DNA from: Minisyncoccota bacterium
GTDB taxonomy: Bacteria; Patescibacteriota; Minisyncoccia; Phycocordibacterales; DATEUR01
Direction of reading: 5' to 3'
DNA: 39,931 bases
NCBI GenBank assembly: GCA_035583565.1
Contig: DATEUR010000036.1
Span: 1-39,931 of the forward strand
Under the pieces are notes generated by a model that ran no database searches, was not told where the DNA came from, and saw only the letters and a program-made list of their open reading frames with translations. Below are positions 8,450-15,532 of the stretch, piece by piece (position 1 is the stretch's first letter; each line of letters begins with the position of its first letter). Position numbers and translations under genes: made by a program.

Positions 8450-9970
8450 ATGGACCCATTAATTATTGCAATCGGCGCCATTATTTTGGGCGGTATCGTC
8501 GGATACTATCTCCGGTATTTCTATGCCCTCTCCCAAAGAAAGGGCATCGAACTTGAAGTCAAGCAATTAATGCTTGGCGCAAAAGAAGACGCACAGCGCA
8601 TCTTAGATGATGCCAAGAAAAAAGCCGAGGAAAAATCGGTGGAATTTCGCAATGAAGAAAGGAAAAAAGAAGCCAATTTAAAAGAAAAAGAGGAACGGCT
8701 TATAAAAAAGGAGGGGCTTCTTGACGGCCGACAAGCCGATATTGATAAAGAAGCAGAAAACCTCAAATTAAAAATCGAGGATGTCAAGAAAATCCGAGAA
8801 AAAGTCGAGGGTCTGGAAAAAGAAAAGATTGGCGCTATTGAAAAAGTGGCAAACCTTACTCGCGATGAAGCCAAGGAAGAGCTTATCCGCGATATTGAAA
8901 GAAAAGCCGAAGAAGACCTCTTGGTCCGTACTCAAAAACTCGAAACCGCTCTCGGTGAAAAGATTGATCGCCGCGCTAAAGAAATTCTGGCAAGCGCCGT
9001 CCAGCGGCTTGCTTCTTCCACCGCCCCAGAATTAATGACAACAACGGTTTCTATCCCGTCGGATGATATTAAAGGCAAGATTATCGGCAAAGAAGGCCGG
9101 AATATCCGGGCTTTTGAGCGGGTCGCCGGCGTTGAGCTTATTGTTGATGACACGCCCGGCTCGATCATTATCTCTTCTTTTGACCCAGTCCGCCGGCAAG
9201 TGGCAAGACTTGCGCTTGAAAACCTTATCCTTGACGGCCGGATTCAACCCGCCAAAATCGAGGAAATGGTAGCTAAAGCTAAAGACGAAATTAATCGGAT
9301 TATTAAAGAAAAAGGCGAGCAAGCGGTTTATGAATGCGGCGTCTTTAATCTTGATCCCAGAATTATCGCAATTCTCGGCCGACTTTATTTCCGCACCAGT
9401 TATGGTCAAAATGTTTTGCAACATTCAATTGAAATGGCTCACATCGCCGGAATGCTCGCTTCAGAACTCGGCGCTGATCCTCTTATTGCCAAAGCCGGCG
9501 CCTTGGTCCACGACATTGGTAAAGCGCTTGATCATGAAGTCCCCGGCACGCATATTGAAATTGGCATGCGAATTTTGCAAAAATTCGGCGCCGACCCAAG
9601 GATTATTACCGCGATGAAAAGCCACCACGATGACTGGCCCCATGAAACACTTGAAGCGGTCATCGTGACTACCGCCGATACTATTTCCGGCGGCCGGCCG
9701 GGCGCCCGCAGTGATTCAGTTGAAAATTATCTAAAACGCCTGGCTGAACTTGAAGCAATTGCTAATTCGTTTACCGGGGTTGAAAAATCTTATGCCTTGC
9801 AAGCCGGTCGTGAAATCAGGATGTTTGTAACACCAGACAAAATTTCCGATCTTGAAGCCAAAAAACTCGCTCGCGATGTTGCCACGCGCATCGAACAAGA
9901 ACTTAGATATCCGGGTGAAATAAAAGTCACCATCATCCGCGAAACGAGAGTTATCGAATACGCCCGCTAA
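8450..9970 (+). CDS. rny: ribonuclease Y
   Basis: 506 aa with an N-terminal TM helix, a Lys/Glu coiled coil, KH motif GKIIGKEGRNIR and HD domain (LVHDIGK ... HH). Confidence 0.95.
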   Translation: MDPLIIAIGAIILGGIVGYYLRYFYALSQRKGIELEVKQLMLGAKEDAQRILDDAKKKAEEKSVEFRNEERKKEANLKEKEERLIKKEGLLDGRQADIDKEAENLKLKIEDVKKIREKVEGLEKEKIGAIEKVANLTRDEAKEELIRDIERKAEEDLLVRTQKLETALGEKIDRRAKEILASAVQRLASSTAPELMTTTVSIPSDDIKGKIIGKEGRNIRAFERVAGVELIVDDTPGSIIISSFDPVRRQVARLALENLILDGRIQPAKIEEMVAKAKDEINRIIKEKGEQAVYECGVFNLDPRIIAILGRLYFRTSYGQNVLQHSIEMAHIAGMLASELGADPLIAKAGALVHDIGKALDHEVPGTHIEIGMRILQKFGADPRIITAMKSHHDDWPHETLEAVIVTTADTISGGRPGARSDSVENYLKRLAELEAIANSFTGVEKSYALQAGREIRMFVTPDKISDLEAKKLARDVATRIEQELRYPGEIKVTIIRETRVIEYAR

Positions 9971-10083
9971 CCAAAATCTTTTCTTAAGACATTTCTTTGT
10001 TAGTCATAGTTGAAATAAATGACGGGGTTTGCTATAATCATCGAATATTCCGCGGTCGAATTAAAAATTAAAATTTTTTAAAC

Positions 10084-10359
10084 ATGGCAAATAAACAATC
10101 AATCGTTGACATGGTCCAAGGTAAACTTGGCGGCACGAAAACCCAAGCCGAAGAAATCGTTAATGGCCTTTTCGACATGATCGTAAACACGATCAAGGGC
10201 GGTGAAGAAGTTTCGATCGCCGGCTTTGGTGTCTTCTCGATCAAAGAAAGAGCCGCTCGCCAAGCAAGAAATCCAAAAACTGGAGAAACCGTCTCGGTGC
10301 CGGCTACCAAGGTGCCGAAATTCCGCGCCGCCAAAGCGCTCAAAGAAGCGGTTAAATAG
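10084..10359 (+). CDS. hup: DNA-binding protein HU (canonical)
   Basis: 91 aa with GFGVFSIKERAARQARNPKTGETVSVPATKVPKFRAAKALKEAV. Confidence 0.9.
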   Translation: MANKQSIVDMVQGKLGGTKTQAEEIVNGLFDMIVNTIKGGEEVSIAGFGVFSIKERAARQARNPKTGETVSVPATKVPKFRAAKALKEAVK

Positions 10360-10380
10360 ATTTCCTCTTTATCATTCAAA

Positions 10381-10417
10381 AACCACTCAAGGATTTTCTT
10401 GGAGTGGTTTTTGTTTT
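10381..10417 (+). terminator. intrinsic terminator
   Basis: AACCACTC ... GAGTGGTT stem followed by TTTTTGTTTT. Confidence 0.6.
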
Positions 10418-10464
10418 GCCTTTGGCCTGTCTCACTGCGTTCGACATCGGCCAATGCCACTTCT

Positions 10465-10567
10465 CGGCACCGGGCAAAAAGCAAAGCAGTTGCATTTGCC
10501 TATCGCCTATCTCGCTTCGCTCGATAACGGCGATTGCCTACGGCACCGGGCAAAAAGCAAAGCAGTT
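10465..10567. repeat. exact 27-nt direct repeat (2 copies) flanking a 49-nt imperfect palindrome
   Basis: CGGCACCGGGCAAAAAGCAAAGCAGTT occurs at 10465-10491 and 10541-10567. The second copy ends 7 nt from the tRNA-Gly 3' end. Confidence 0.85.
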
Positions 10568-10574
10568 TGTTTTT

Positions 10575-10645
10575 TGCGGGATGGGAGAATCGAACTCCCA
10601 ACCTCAGTTTGGAAAACTGATATTTTACCATTAAACTAATCCCGC
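10575..10645 (-). tRNA. tRNA-Gly (anticodon UCC)
   Basis: Hand-folded cloverleaf: acceptor GCGGGAT/ATCCCGC, anticodon loop TTTCCAA, T-arm GGGAG TTCGATT CTCCC. 71 nt, no encoded CCA. Confidence 0.9.
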
Positions 10646-10696
10646 GCTTGCTTAATATTATACGAATTAAAAATTTTGTGTATACTTCTGATACAA

Positions 10697-10767
10697 CGGG
10701 CTGTAGTATACCGGTAGTACGCACGCTTCGGGTGCGTGTAGACTGGGTTCGATTCCCAGCAGCCCGA
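10697..10767 (+). tRNA. tRNA-Pro (anticodon CGG)
   Basis: Acceptor CGGGCTG/CAGCCCG, anticodon stem CACGC/GCGTG, loop TTCGGGT, T-arm CTGGG TTCGATT CCCAG. 71 nt, no CCA. Confidence 0.9.
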
Positions 10768-10794
10768 AAATCGAAAGAGGATTAAAAAAATTTA

Positions 10795-10865
10795 CGGGGT
10801 GTAGTATACCGGTAGTACGAGCCCATGGGGTGGGTTTAGACCGGGTTCGATTCCCGGCACCCCGA
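10795..10865 (+). tRNA. tRNA-Pro (anticodon GGG)
   Basis: Acceptor CGGGGTG/CACCCCG, anticodon loop ATGGGGT, T-arm CCGGG TTCGATT CCCGG. 71 nt, no CCA. Confidence 0.85.
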
Positions 10866-10880
10866 TATTTACCCAAACAA

Positions 10881-10916
10881 AAAATCCCTTCTGTCTTACA
10901 ACAGGGGGATTTTTTG
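10881..10916. terminator. bidirectional terminator hairpin
   Basis: AAAATCCCTTCTGT / cttaca / ACAGGGGGATTTT with A-run and T-run flanks. It lies between the convergent tRNA-Pro genes (+) and the RRM gene (-). Confidence 0.6.
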
Positions 10917-10933
10917 TTTCACTATTTTGTGAT

Positions 10934-11227
10934 TTATCGGTCACGGCCATAGCCGCCACCAGATCGAAATGGTCTCTCTTCCTTCGCACGGGCTTCGCTG
11001 ACTGAAATGTTTCGGCCTTCAAGATCTTTGCCGTTTAACGTTTCAACAGCGCGAGCCGCGTCATCATCATTTGCCATTTCCACAAAACCGAAACCGCGGG
11101 AGCGGCCAGACATTTTGTCGGTAATAACATTAGCTGATTCAACTGTGCCAGCTGCCGAGAAAAAATCTTTCAAAGCATCTGAGTTGGTGCGGTAGGAAAG
11201 ATTGCCAACGTATAGTTTTTTTGCCAT
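10934..11227 (-). CDS. RRM-type RNA-binding protein with a Gly/Arg tail
   Basis: 97 aa with RNP-2 LYVGNL, RNP-1 RGFGFVEM and C-terminal RSGGGYGRDR. Confidence 0.9.
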   Translation of the reverse strand: MAKKLYVGNLSYRTNSDALKDFFSAAGTVESANVITDKMSGRSRGFGFVEMANDDDAARAVETLNGKDLEGRNISVSEARAKEERPFRSGGGYGRDR

Positions 11228-11330
11228 TTGTTGTCTCTATCTTTCGTTCAATAAATGCAAGTCGACCTTCTTTGCCAACCTATCACTCATTAAACGAGCA
11301 GGGCGGACTAAAGATACTTACACGCAAAAG

Positions 11331-11359
11331 ACTATACAGCAGTTTCACTAAAAAAGCAA
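11331..11359 (-). promoter_or_regulatory. sigma70-like promoter of the RRM gene
   Basis: Reverse strand reads TTGCTT, 17-nt spacer, TATAGT. This implies a leader of roughly 95 nt. Confidence 0.45.
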
Positions 11360-11482
11360 TTAGTGGAGCAAAAAATGGTGAAACCGCTTAAAGGCCGATG
11401 ATTTCGACAAGTTTTTGCCCGACCTCGCTTTCCGCCGCCGCCGAATTTCGTGCCAGTGAAACTGGCACGCCGCACTGTAATT

Positions 11483-11869
11483 TTATCTACTGAACCATTC
11501 TTTCCAGTTTTTTGGCCAGCCAAGAAGTAACAGTAAGGCAAGTGGCGCGCCCCAGTTTGCCCAGCGCTCTACAAAGTCCCAAATTGGCTCCCCTACAATC
11601 GGACGCACAAGAGCGGTCCAAAATCCCCAGAACGCTGCCCACAAAACAACCGCGCGGATTGGACGCACTAAGACAATGAGCGCAACAAGCAAATCCAATA
11701 GACCAATGAGCGTCAGAAGGGTTGCCGCTGTGCCGATTTCTGCGCCCGTGAGCTGATGAATCCAATCAATCCATGCTTTCTTGCCTTGAAACGCAAAAAC
11801 GCCATGGCCAGCAAACTCGCCGGCAACGGCAACACGCAGAATCCATGCAATTTTTTTAGAATTTTCCAT
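11483..11869 (-). CDS. four-TM membrane protein, DoxX-like (tentative)
   Basis: 128 aa with four hydrophobic helices and a Trp-rich pattern (WILRVAV..GHG, LVRPIRAVVLWAAFWGFW). Family assignment is from memory only. Confidence 0.55.
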   Translation of the reverse strand: MENSKKIAWILRVAVAGEFAGHGVFAFQGKKAWIDWIHQLTGAEIGTAATLLTLIGLLDLLVALIVLVRPIRAVVLWAAFWGFWTALVRPIVGEPIWDFVERWANWGAPLALLLLLGWPKNWKEWFSR

Positions 11870-11996
11870 ATCGCTATTTTACCACTAATTGAGGATTAAA
11901 GGAAAAGAATGTTTAGCTTAAATCCTTTTTCCTCTCCTCAAATTCTTTCTTGTCAATTTCTCCTTTAGCGTATCGTTCTTTCAAGATTTCAAGTGG

Positions 11997-12595
11997 TTAT
12001 TTTTCATGATCATGGTTGCCGCGAGATTGCGTCGTAAGCCATTTGATAAGCGCGACAATGCCCGCGATTATCAAAACCCACAGAGGAAATCATAAAAATC
12101 CAGCCGAATCCGCCCAAAGGCCCGAATCCAAAATTCATCATATTATTTGTTGAGTTATTACTACCAAAGGGAGACAACCACCCTCCCCACAGCATATTCA
12201 TCATCGGCATCCAGCCGCCGCTTATGGCCGGAAACGCCGCAGAGGTATCGCCCCCGAAAAGACGCTTGCCCATGACGATATGAATCTGCTCCTCGCCGTC
12301 TTCACCGTGCGCTTGAATCATCATCGCATTCATGGCGGCGTGCGAATCTCCGGCCATTTGGGGCCCATAAAGTATTCTCCAAGCACTCCATACTGCTCAT
12401 CGTTTAGATCGGGACAAGCGACTTCCTTTGCTTGAAGTTTATTCCAAAGCTTCTTGCCCTCTTGTTCTTCGCGGGCGGTATGGCCATCTGAAACTGTTGC
12501 GGTATCTCCCATCATTCCTTGAGCAAAAGAAAAGTTAGGGAGTAAGGCAAAACTGAAAACAAAAATAGAAATTGTGATAGAAAAGATTTTTTCAT
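11997..12595 (-). pseudogene. frameshifted gene for a secreted Met/Gly-rich protein with a C-terminal TM anchor
   Basis: Track ORFs 12330-12515 and 12010-12357 are consecutive pieces of one gene. A signal peptide (KIFSITISIFVFSFALLPNFSFAQG) and a TM tail (FPLWVLIIAGIVALIKWLTTQSRGNHDHEK, stop at 11997-11999) lie in other frames. At least three frame breaks are present. Confidence 0.7.
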
Positions 12596-12598
12596 AAG

Positions 12599-12982
12599 CT
12601 AGTTCGCATTATTGATAATGTTTTGAATAATTTGATCAATTTCTTTCGGCCGCTCGCCTAAATCGGCCTGCGGGAAAAACTGCGGCAGAATAATCGGCCG
12701 CATGCCGGAAATAAAAGTTTGTCCGTCTTTGACATAGACATTTATCTTGCAGGGCAGGCAAAGGCCGAGTTTGATATCTTTATTCAAAAACTCGTTGGCA
12801 AACTTTGCGTTACAAAACTCAATAATCTTAAATTTCTCTCGTTCAAACCCCTTCTCGGATAAAGTCTTTTGCACATCATGAACATACAAAACCCGCATAC
12901 CGGCTTTGGCAATTTCGTCTTGCACGCCCCGAACCGCCGCGTCAAAAGTTTTTGTTGTAGTTGTGGTGTAATCGAATTCCAT
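12599..12982 (-). CDS. DUF302 domain protein
   Basis: 127 aa. The pattern F..AV..V...I...G..V....D.Q..L...G ... and LPCKINVY match what I recognise as the DUF302 fold family. Confidence 0.8.
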   Translation of the reverse strand: MEFDYTTTTTKTFDAAVRGVQDEIAKAGMRVLYVHDVQKTLSEKGFEREKFKIIEFCNAKFANEFLNKDIKLGLCLPCKINVYVKDGQTFISGMRPIILPQFFPQADLGERPKEIDQIIQNIINNAN

Positions 12983-13023
12983 AATTTTAAAATTTTTTTA
13001 TCAACACAACTCAACTCGTCTTT

Positions 13024-14085
13024 TTATTGATTAATCCCCCCATTTATTTCTCCAATAAGCTGGGGGCCTTCATAAATCATCCCGGTTATTAATTGAACCA
13101 AATCCGCTCCCGCGTTAAGCCTTTCTCGCGCATCGTCTGCCGAGAAAATGCCACCACAACCGACAATCACCACACTATTACCAAAGACATCCCTGGTGTG
13201 TTTAATGAGTCTTTCCGAATTTTTGGCTGTCGGTTTGCCGCTGAAATTGCCGTTTACGTTTTTAAATCTGGCAATTTCTTTCTTGTTAAACGTCTGATTG
13301 TTTCTGTCTTTGACGAGATTAGAAAAAATAAAACCACAAATGCCATTCTCTAAGGCCGAGCGTACCAACGTATCGCTTTCGTCAAAATCGATCTCGTTCG
13401 GCATTTTTACGAATATCGGTTGTGTTATGCCGCAAGAAGCCACAGCCTGGACAAGCTCCTTAAAATTTCTCGGATTAGAAAAAGATTCTGCCATCGCCGC
13501 GTTAGGACAGCTTATGTTCAGTTCAAAGTATTTGACATAGGGTTTATCTTTAAATATGCGAAAGGTCTCCAGATAGTCGTCTACGGCTTTGTTGATAGTG
13601 TTGACATTCGGAACATTGGAACTCCCCACGCTTATACCAATCAAATGTCCCTCTATTTTTTTCTCATCTAAACGCCCGGCAATAGCTTCTGCTCCATCGG
13701 ATTTAAAACCCTTGTTTACCAAAAGCGATTTTGATTGTGGAAGTCGCGCAAGACGCGGCGGCTTGTTCCCCTCATATTTTTGCGCCGTTACTGTTCCCAC
13801 TGTATTAAAACCAAACCCAATATGCTTCATAACTTTTGCCAAATGTCCATTATAATCAAAACCGGCTGCCAGACCAACAGGGTTTTCAAATTCCAAGCCC
13901 AAAATATTCTTTTTGATAGTTTTCTTTCCGCGCGACAACAAAAAATCCAGCAGCCATTTCTGATTCTCTAGACCCTCACCGATTTGCGTTATCATATTAT
14001 GAACAAACTCGGCATCCAATTGGAAAAGGATGGGCTTTATGAGATTTCTATACAAAATACCGACCGCTTTATTGATCATATTCAA
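13024..14085 (-). CDS. pyrD: dihydroorotate dehydrogenase-family flavoenzyme
   Basis: 353 aa with NPVGLAAGFDYNGH, GFGFNTVGTVT, GNKPPRLARL, LNISCPN, GNFSGKP and VGCGGIFSADDA. The track start is TTG at 14085; an ATG two codons in (14079) is equally possible. Confidence 0.85.
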   Translation of the reverse strand: MNMINKAVGILYRNLIKPILFQLDAEFVHNMITQIGEGLENQKWLLDFLLSRGKKTIKKNILGLEFENPVGLAAGFDYNGHLAKVMKHIGFGFNTVGTVTAQKYEGNKPPRLARLPQSKSLLVNKGFKSDGAEAIAGRLDEKKIEGHLIGISVGSSNVPNVNTINKAVDDYLETFRIFKDKPYVKYFELNISCPNAAMAESFSNPRNFKELVQAVASCGITQPIFVKMPNEIDFDESDTLVRSALENGICGFIFSNLVKDRNNQTFNKKEIARFKNVNGNFSGKPTAKNSERLIKHTRDVFGNSVVIVGCGGIFSADDARERLNAGADLVQLITGMIYEGPQLIGEINGGINQ

Positions 14086-14086
14086 T

Positions 14087-14272
14087 TTAAAATGTTAAAA
14101 CTTTATCGCTTTCCTTAACAAGGTTTGCCAAATCGCTCATGTGCCCCTCAACAATTCCATCAATCAGTTTTTCTTTGCTAATGCCGCAAACTTTGAGACA
14201 AGCAGAGCAGGCAATAAAAGAAACATCTTTTGCGAGCAAACTCTTTCCCCTGAAAATTTGAAATGTCTTGAT
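14087..14272 (-). pseudogene. 5'-truncated remnant of a DsrE/TusD-like gene
   Basis: Reverse frame reads ...IKTFQIFRGKSLLAKDVSFIACSACLKVCGISKEKLIDGIVEGHMSDLANLVKESDKVLTF*. It resembles only the C-terminal half of DsrE-family proteins. It has no start codon, and its upstream end runs into the tRNA-Pro gene. Confidence 0.5.
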
Positions 14273-14347
14273 TGGTCGGGCTGCTGGGATTCGAACCCAG
14301 ACTAAATCCTCCCAAAGGACTCGTGCTAGCCGTTACACTACAGCCCG
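14273..14347 (-). tRNA. tRNA-Pro (anticodon UGG), CCA encoded
   Basis: Acceptor CGGGCTG/CAGCCCG, anticodon loop TTTGGGA, T-arm CTGGG TTCGAAT CCCAG, 3' ACCA encoded. Confidence 0.9.
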
Positions 14348-14392
14348 TTTTCAATCAATACTCGTCAATCTTAACATAAAAAGATAAAAATT

Positions 14393-14419
14393 AAGCCCGA
14401 CTTTTTACAGTCGGGCTTT
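14393..14419 (-). terminator. intrinsic terminator of the 14438-14680 gene
   Basis: AAGCCCGAC / loop / GTCGGGCTT. On the reverse strand it is followed by AATTTTTATCTTTTT. Confidence 0.65.
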
Positions 14420-14437
14420 GATGTTTTTTTCACAACT

Positions 14438-14680
14438 TTAGAAATCAAGTTCATCTTCCTCAAAGGCGCAGAGGTATCTTTGTCCTCCATCTGTCATAAT
14501 AATTCCCTTCTCATTGCCAGAATCGGTTTCGTCAATTCTTTTGTTGTTGATTGTGTCAAAGTGGCGCGGCAGTTTTTTCGGAGCGTTTGTGATACTCAGA
14601 AGTTTTAAATCTTCACTAACAAGTTCTTGAGTCGGCTCGTCAAAAAAAGTTCTGGTTTTGGGTGATGTGATTTCAGTCAT
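14438..14680 (-). CDS. small acidic hypothetical protein
   Basis: Track ORF 14438-14758. I prefer the internal start MTEITSPK (ATG at 14680), because a strong promoter occupies 14740-14768 and the ATG at 14758 lies between its -35 and -10 boxes. Confidence 0.5.
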   Translation of the reverse strand: MTEITSPKTRTFFDEPTQELVSEDLKLLSITNAPKKLPRHFDTINNKRIDETDSGNEKGIIMTDGGQRYLCAFEEDELDF

Positions 14681-14739
14681 AAAAATGAAGTTAAGGGTTT
14701 GTGTTTGATTTAAAGGGCATAAAAACGATGCTAAATTTA

Positions 14740-14768
14740 TTAATACCACTTTTACCATGTTTTGTCAA
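14740..14768 (-). promoter_or_regulatory. sigma70-like promoter
   Basis: Reverse strand reads TTGACA, 17-nt spacer, TATTAA. Confidence 0.5.
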
Positions 14769-14812
14769 GGGCTTCGATTTTTATCAAGACTTTCGTTTCT
14801 TTCGCTCGCTTG

Positions 14813-14844
14813 AAAAAAACCGCCCTTGATTAGAGAGCGGTTTT
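14813..14844 (-). terminator. intrinsic terminator of the 14859-15395 gene
   Basis: Reverse strand reads AACCGCTC / loop / GGGCGGTT followed by TTTTTTT. Confidence 0.6.
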
Positions 14845-14858
14845 GCCTGAATTTCTCT

Positions 14859-15395
14859 TCAGGTAAGGTAACCTTTGCAGAAAAGAACTGCGCAAATGAC
14901 GATAAAATGAATATCCCAGGAAACAAGACGTTCGACTTGCCAAGCCCAGCCGTTGGTTAAACCGCCAGTGAAAGCAATATCGGAGAGCGGCCAGAGCGGT
15001 TGCGGATTCGTTTCCCTGTTTTCATACTTATGCGTTGGTAAGTCATACAATTGGTGGATCAAAAGACCCAAACTGAAAAATAAATTACCAAGCAGAAACA
15101 TTTCAATGAAGCCAATCAAAAAAAGAAAAAGAAAACTGTGCATGGTTTTGTAGATCTTGTACCAGCCAATTCGTGGAGCATGATCGTTCCAATCATGTTC
15201 ATTCAGTTCCATTTTCCGCACGCTCTTCATTGTTATTTTGCCTATTGCTTTCCAGATAAAAGGTACGGGGATGTCAGCAACTACAGAACCGACAACAACT
15301 AATCCTTTTTGAATGTAGTTTTTTACCGGATCAGGGTCGTCCGGTAAAGCAATAGCAATTGCTATCCCCGATAAAAAGTGCGAGCCACAATCCAT
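14859..15395 (-). CDS. membrane protein, YdjM/DUF457-like putative metal-dependent hydrolase (tentative)
   Basis: 178 aa with an N-terminal GSHFLSG, several TM helices and LIHQLYDLPTH...PLWPLS near the C-terminus. This resembles the H..D..TH...WP signature I recall for DUF457. Confidence 0.55.
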   Translation of the reverse strand: MDCGSHFLSGIAIAIALPDDPDPVKNYIQKGLVVVGSVVADIPVPFIWKAIGKITMKSVRKMELNEHDWNDHAPRIGWYKIYKTMHSFLFLFLIGFIEMFLLGNLFFSLGLLIHQLYDLPTHKYENRETNPQPLWPLSDIAFTGGLTNGWAWQVERLVSWDIHFIVICAVLFCKGYLT

Positions 15396-15499
15396 TGGTT
15401 TTTGGTTTTAGTTTATGTTTAGGAATTTAAGCCGTTTTCAGTATACTAGAAAAATCATGATCTGTCCAGTCAGCCACTTTTTTGATTAATTAATCTGAT

Positions 15500-15532
15500 A
15501 AAAAAACCCCATGTTGTTTAAACAACATGGGG
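15500..15532 (-). terminator. intrinsic terminator about 180 nt downstream of the 15712-16113 gene
   Basis: Reverse strand reads CCCCATGTTG / tttaaa / CAACATGGGG followed by TTTTTTT. Confidence 0.7.

Noticed and set aside
10068-10484. Long antisense or shadow ORFs in the six-frame track, such as 10068-10484, 21876-22421, 23280-23894, 25624-26028, 37248-37607 and 38957-39499
   Set aside because: Each lies opposite or out of frame within a gene that has strong family motifs (hup, pnp, comM and the operon genes). Their compositions are typical of frame shadows (Ser/Arg/Pro-rich). None has its own promoter or terminator context.
10465-10567. Possible minimal CRISPR array (27-nt repeat, 49-nt spacer)
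   Set aside because: Only two repeat copies are present. The spacer is itself an imperfect palindrome. No cas genes or leader occur anywhere in the window. The repeat lacks typical CRISPR repeat termini. It is better described as a local repeat or scar.
10500-11022. ORFs overlapping tRNA genes (10500-10724, 10667-10876, 10792-11022, 16885-17091, 17586-17822, 17695-17892)
   Set aside because: They are read-throughs of tRNA cloverleaf sequences and terminators, which explain the sequence completely.
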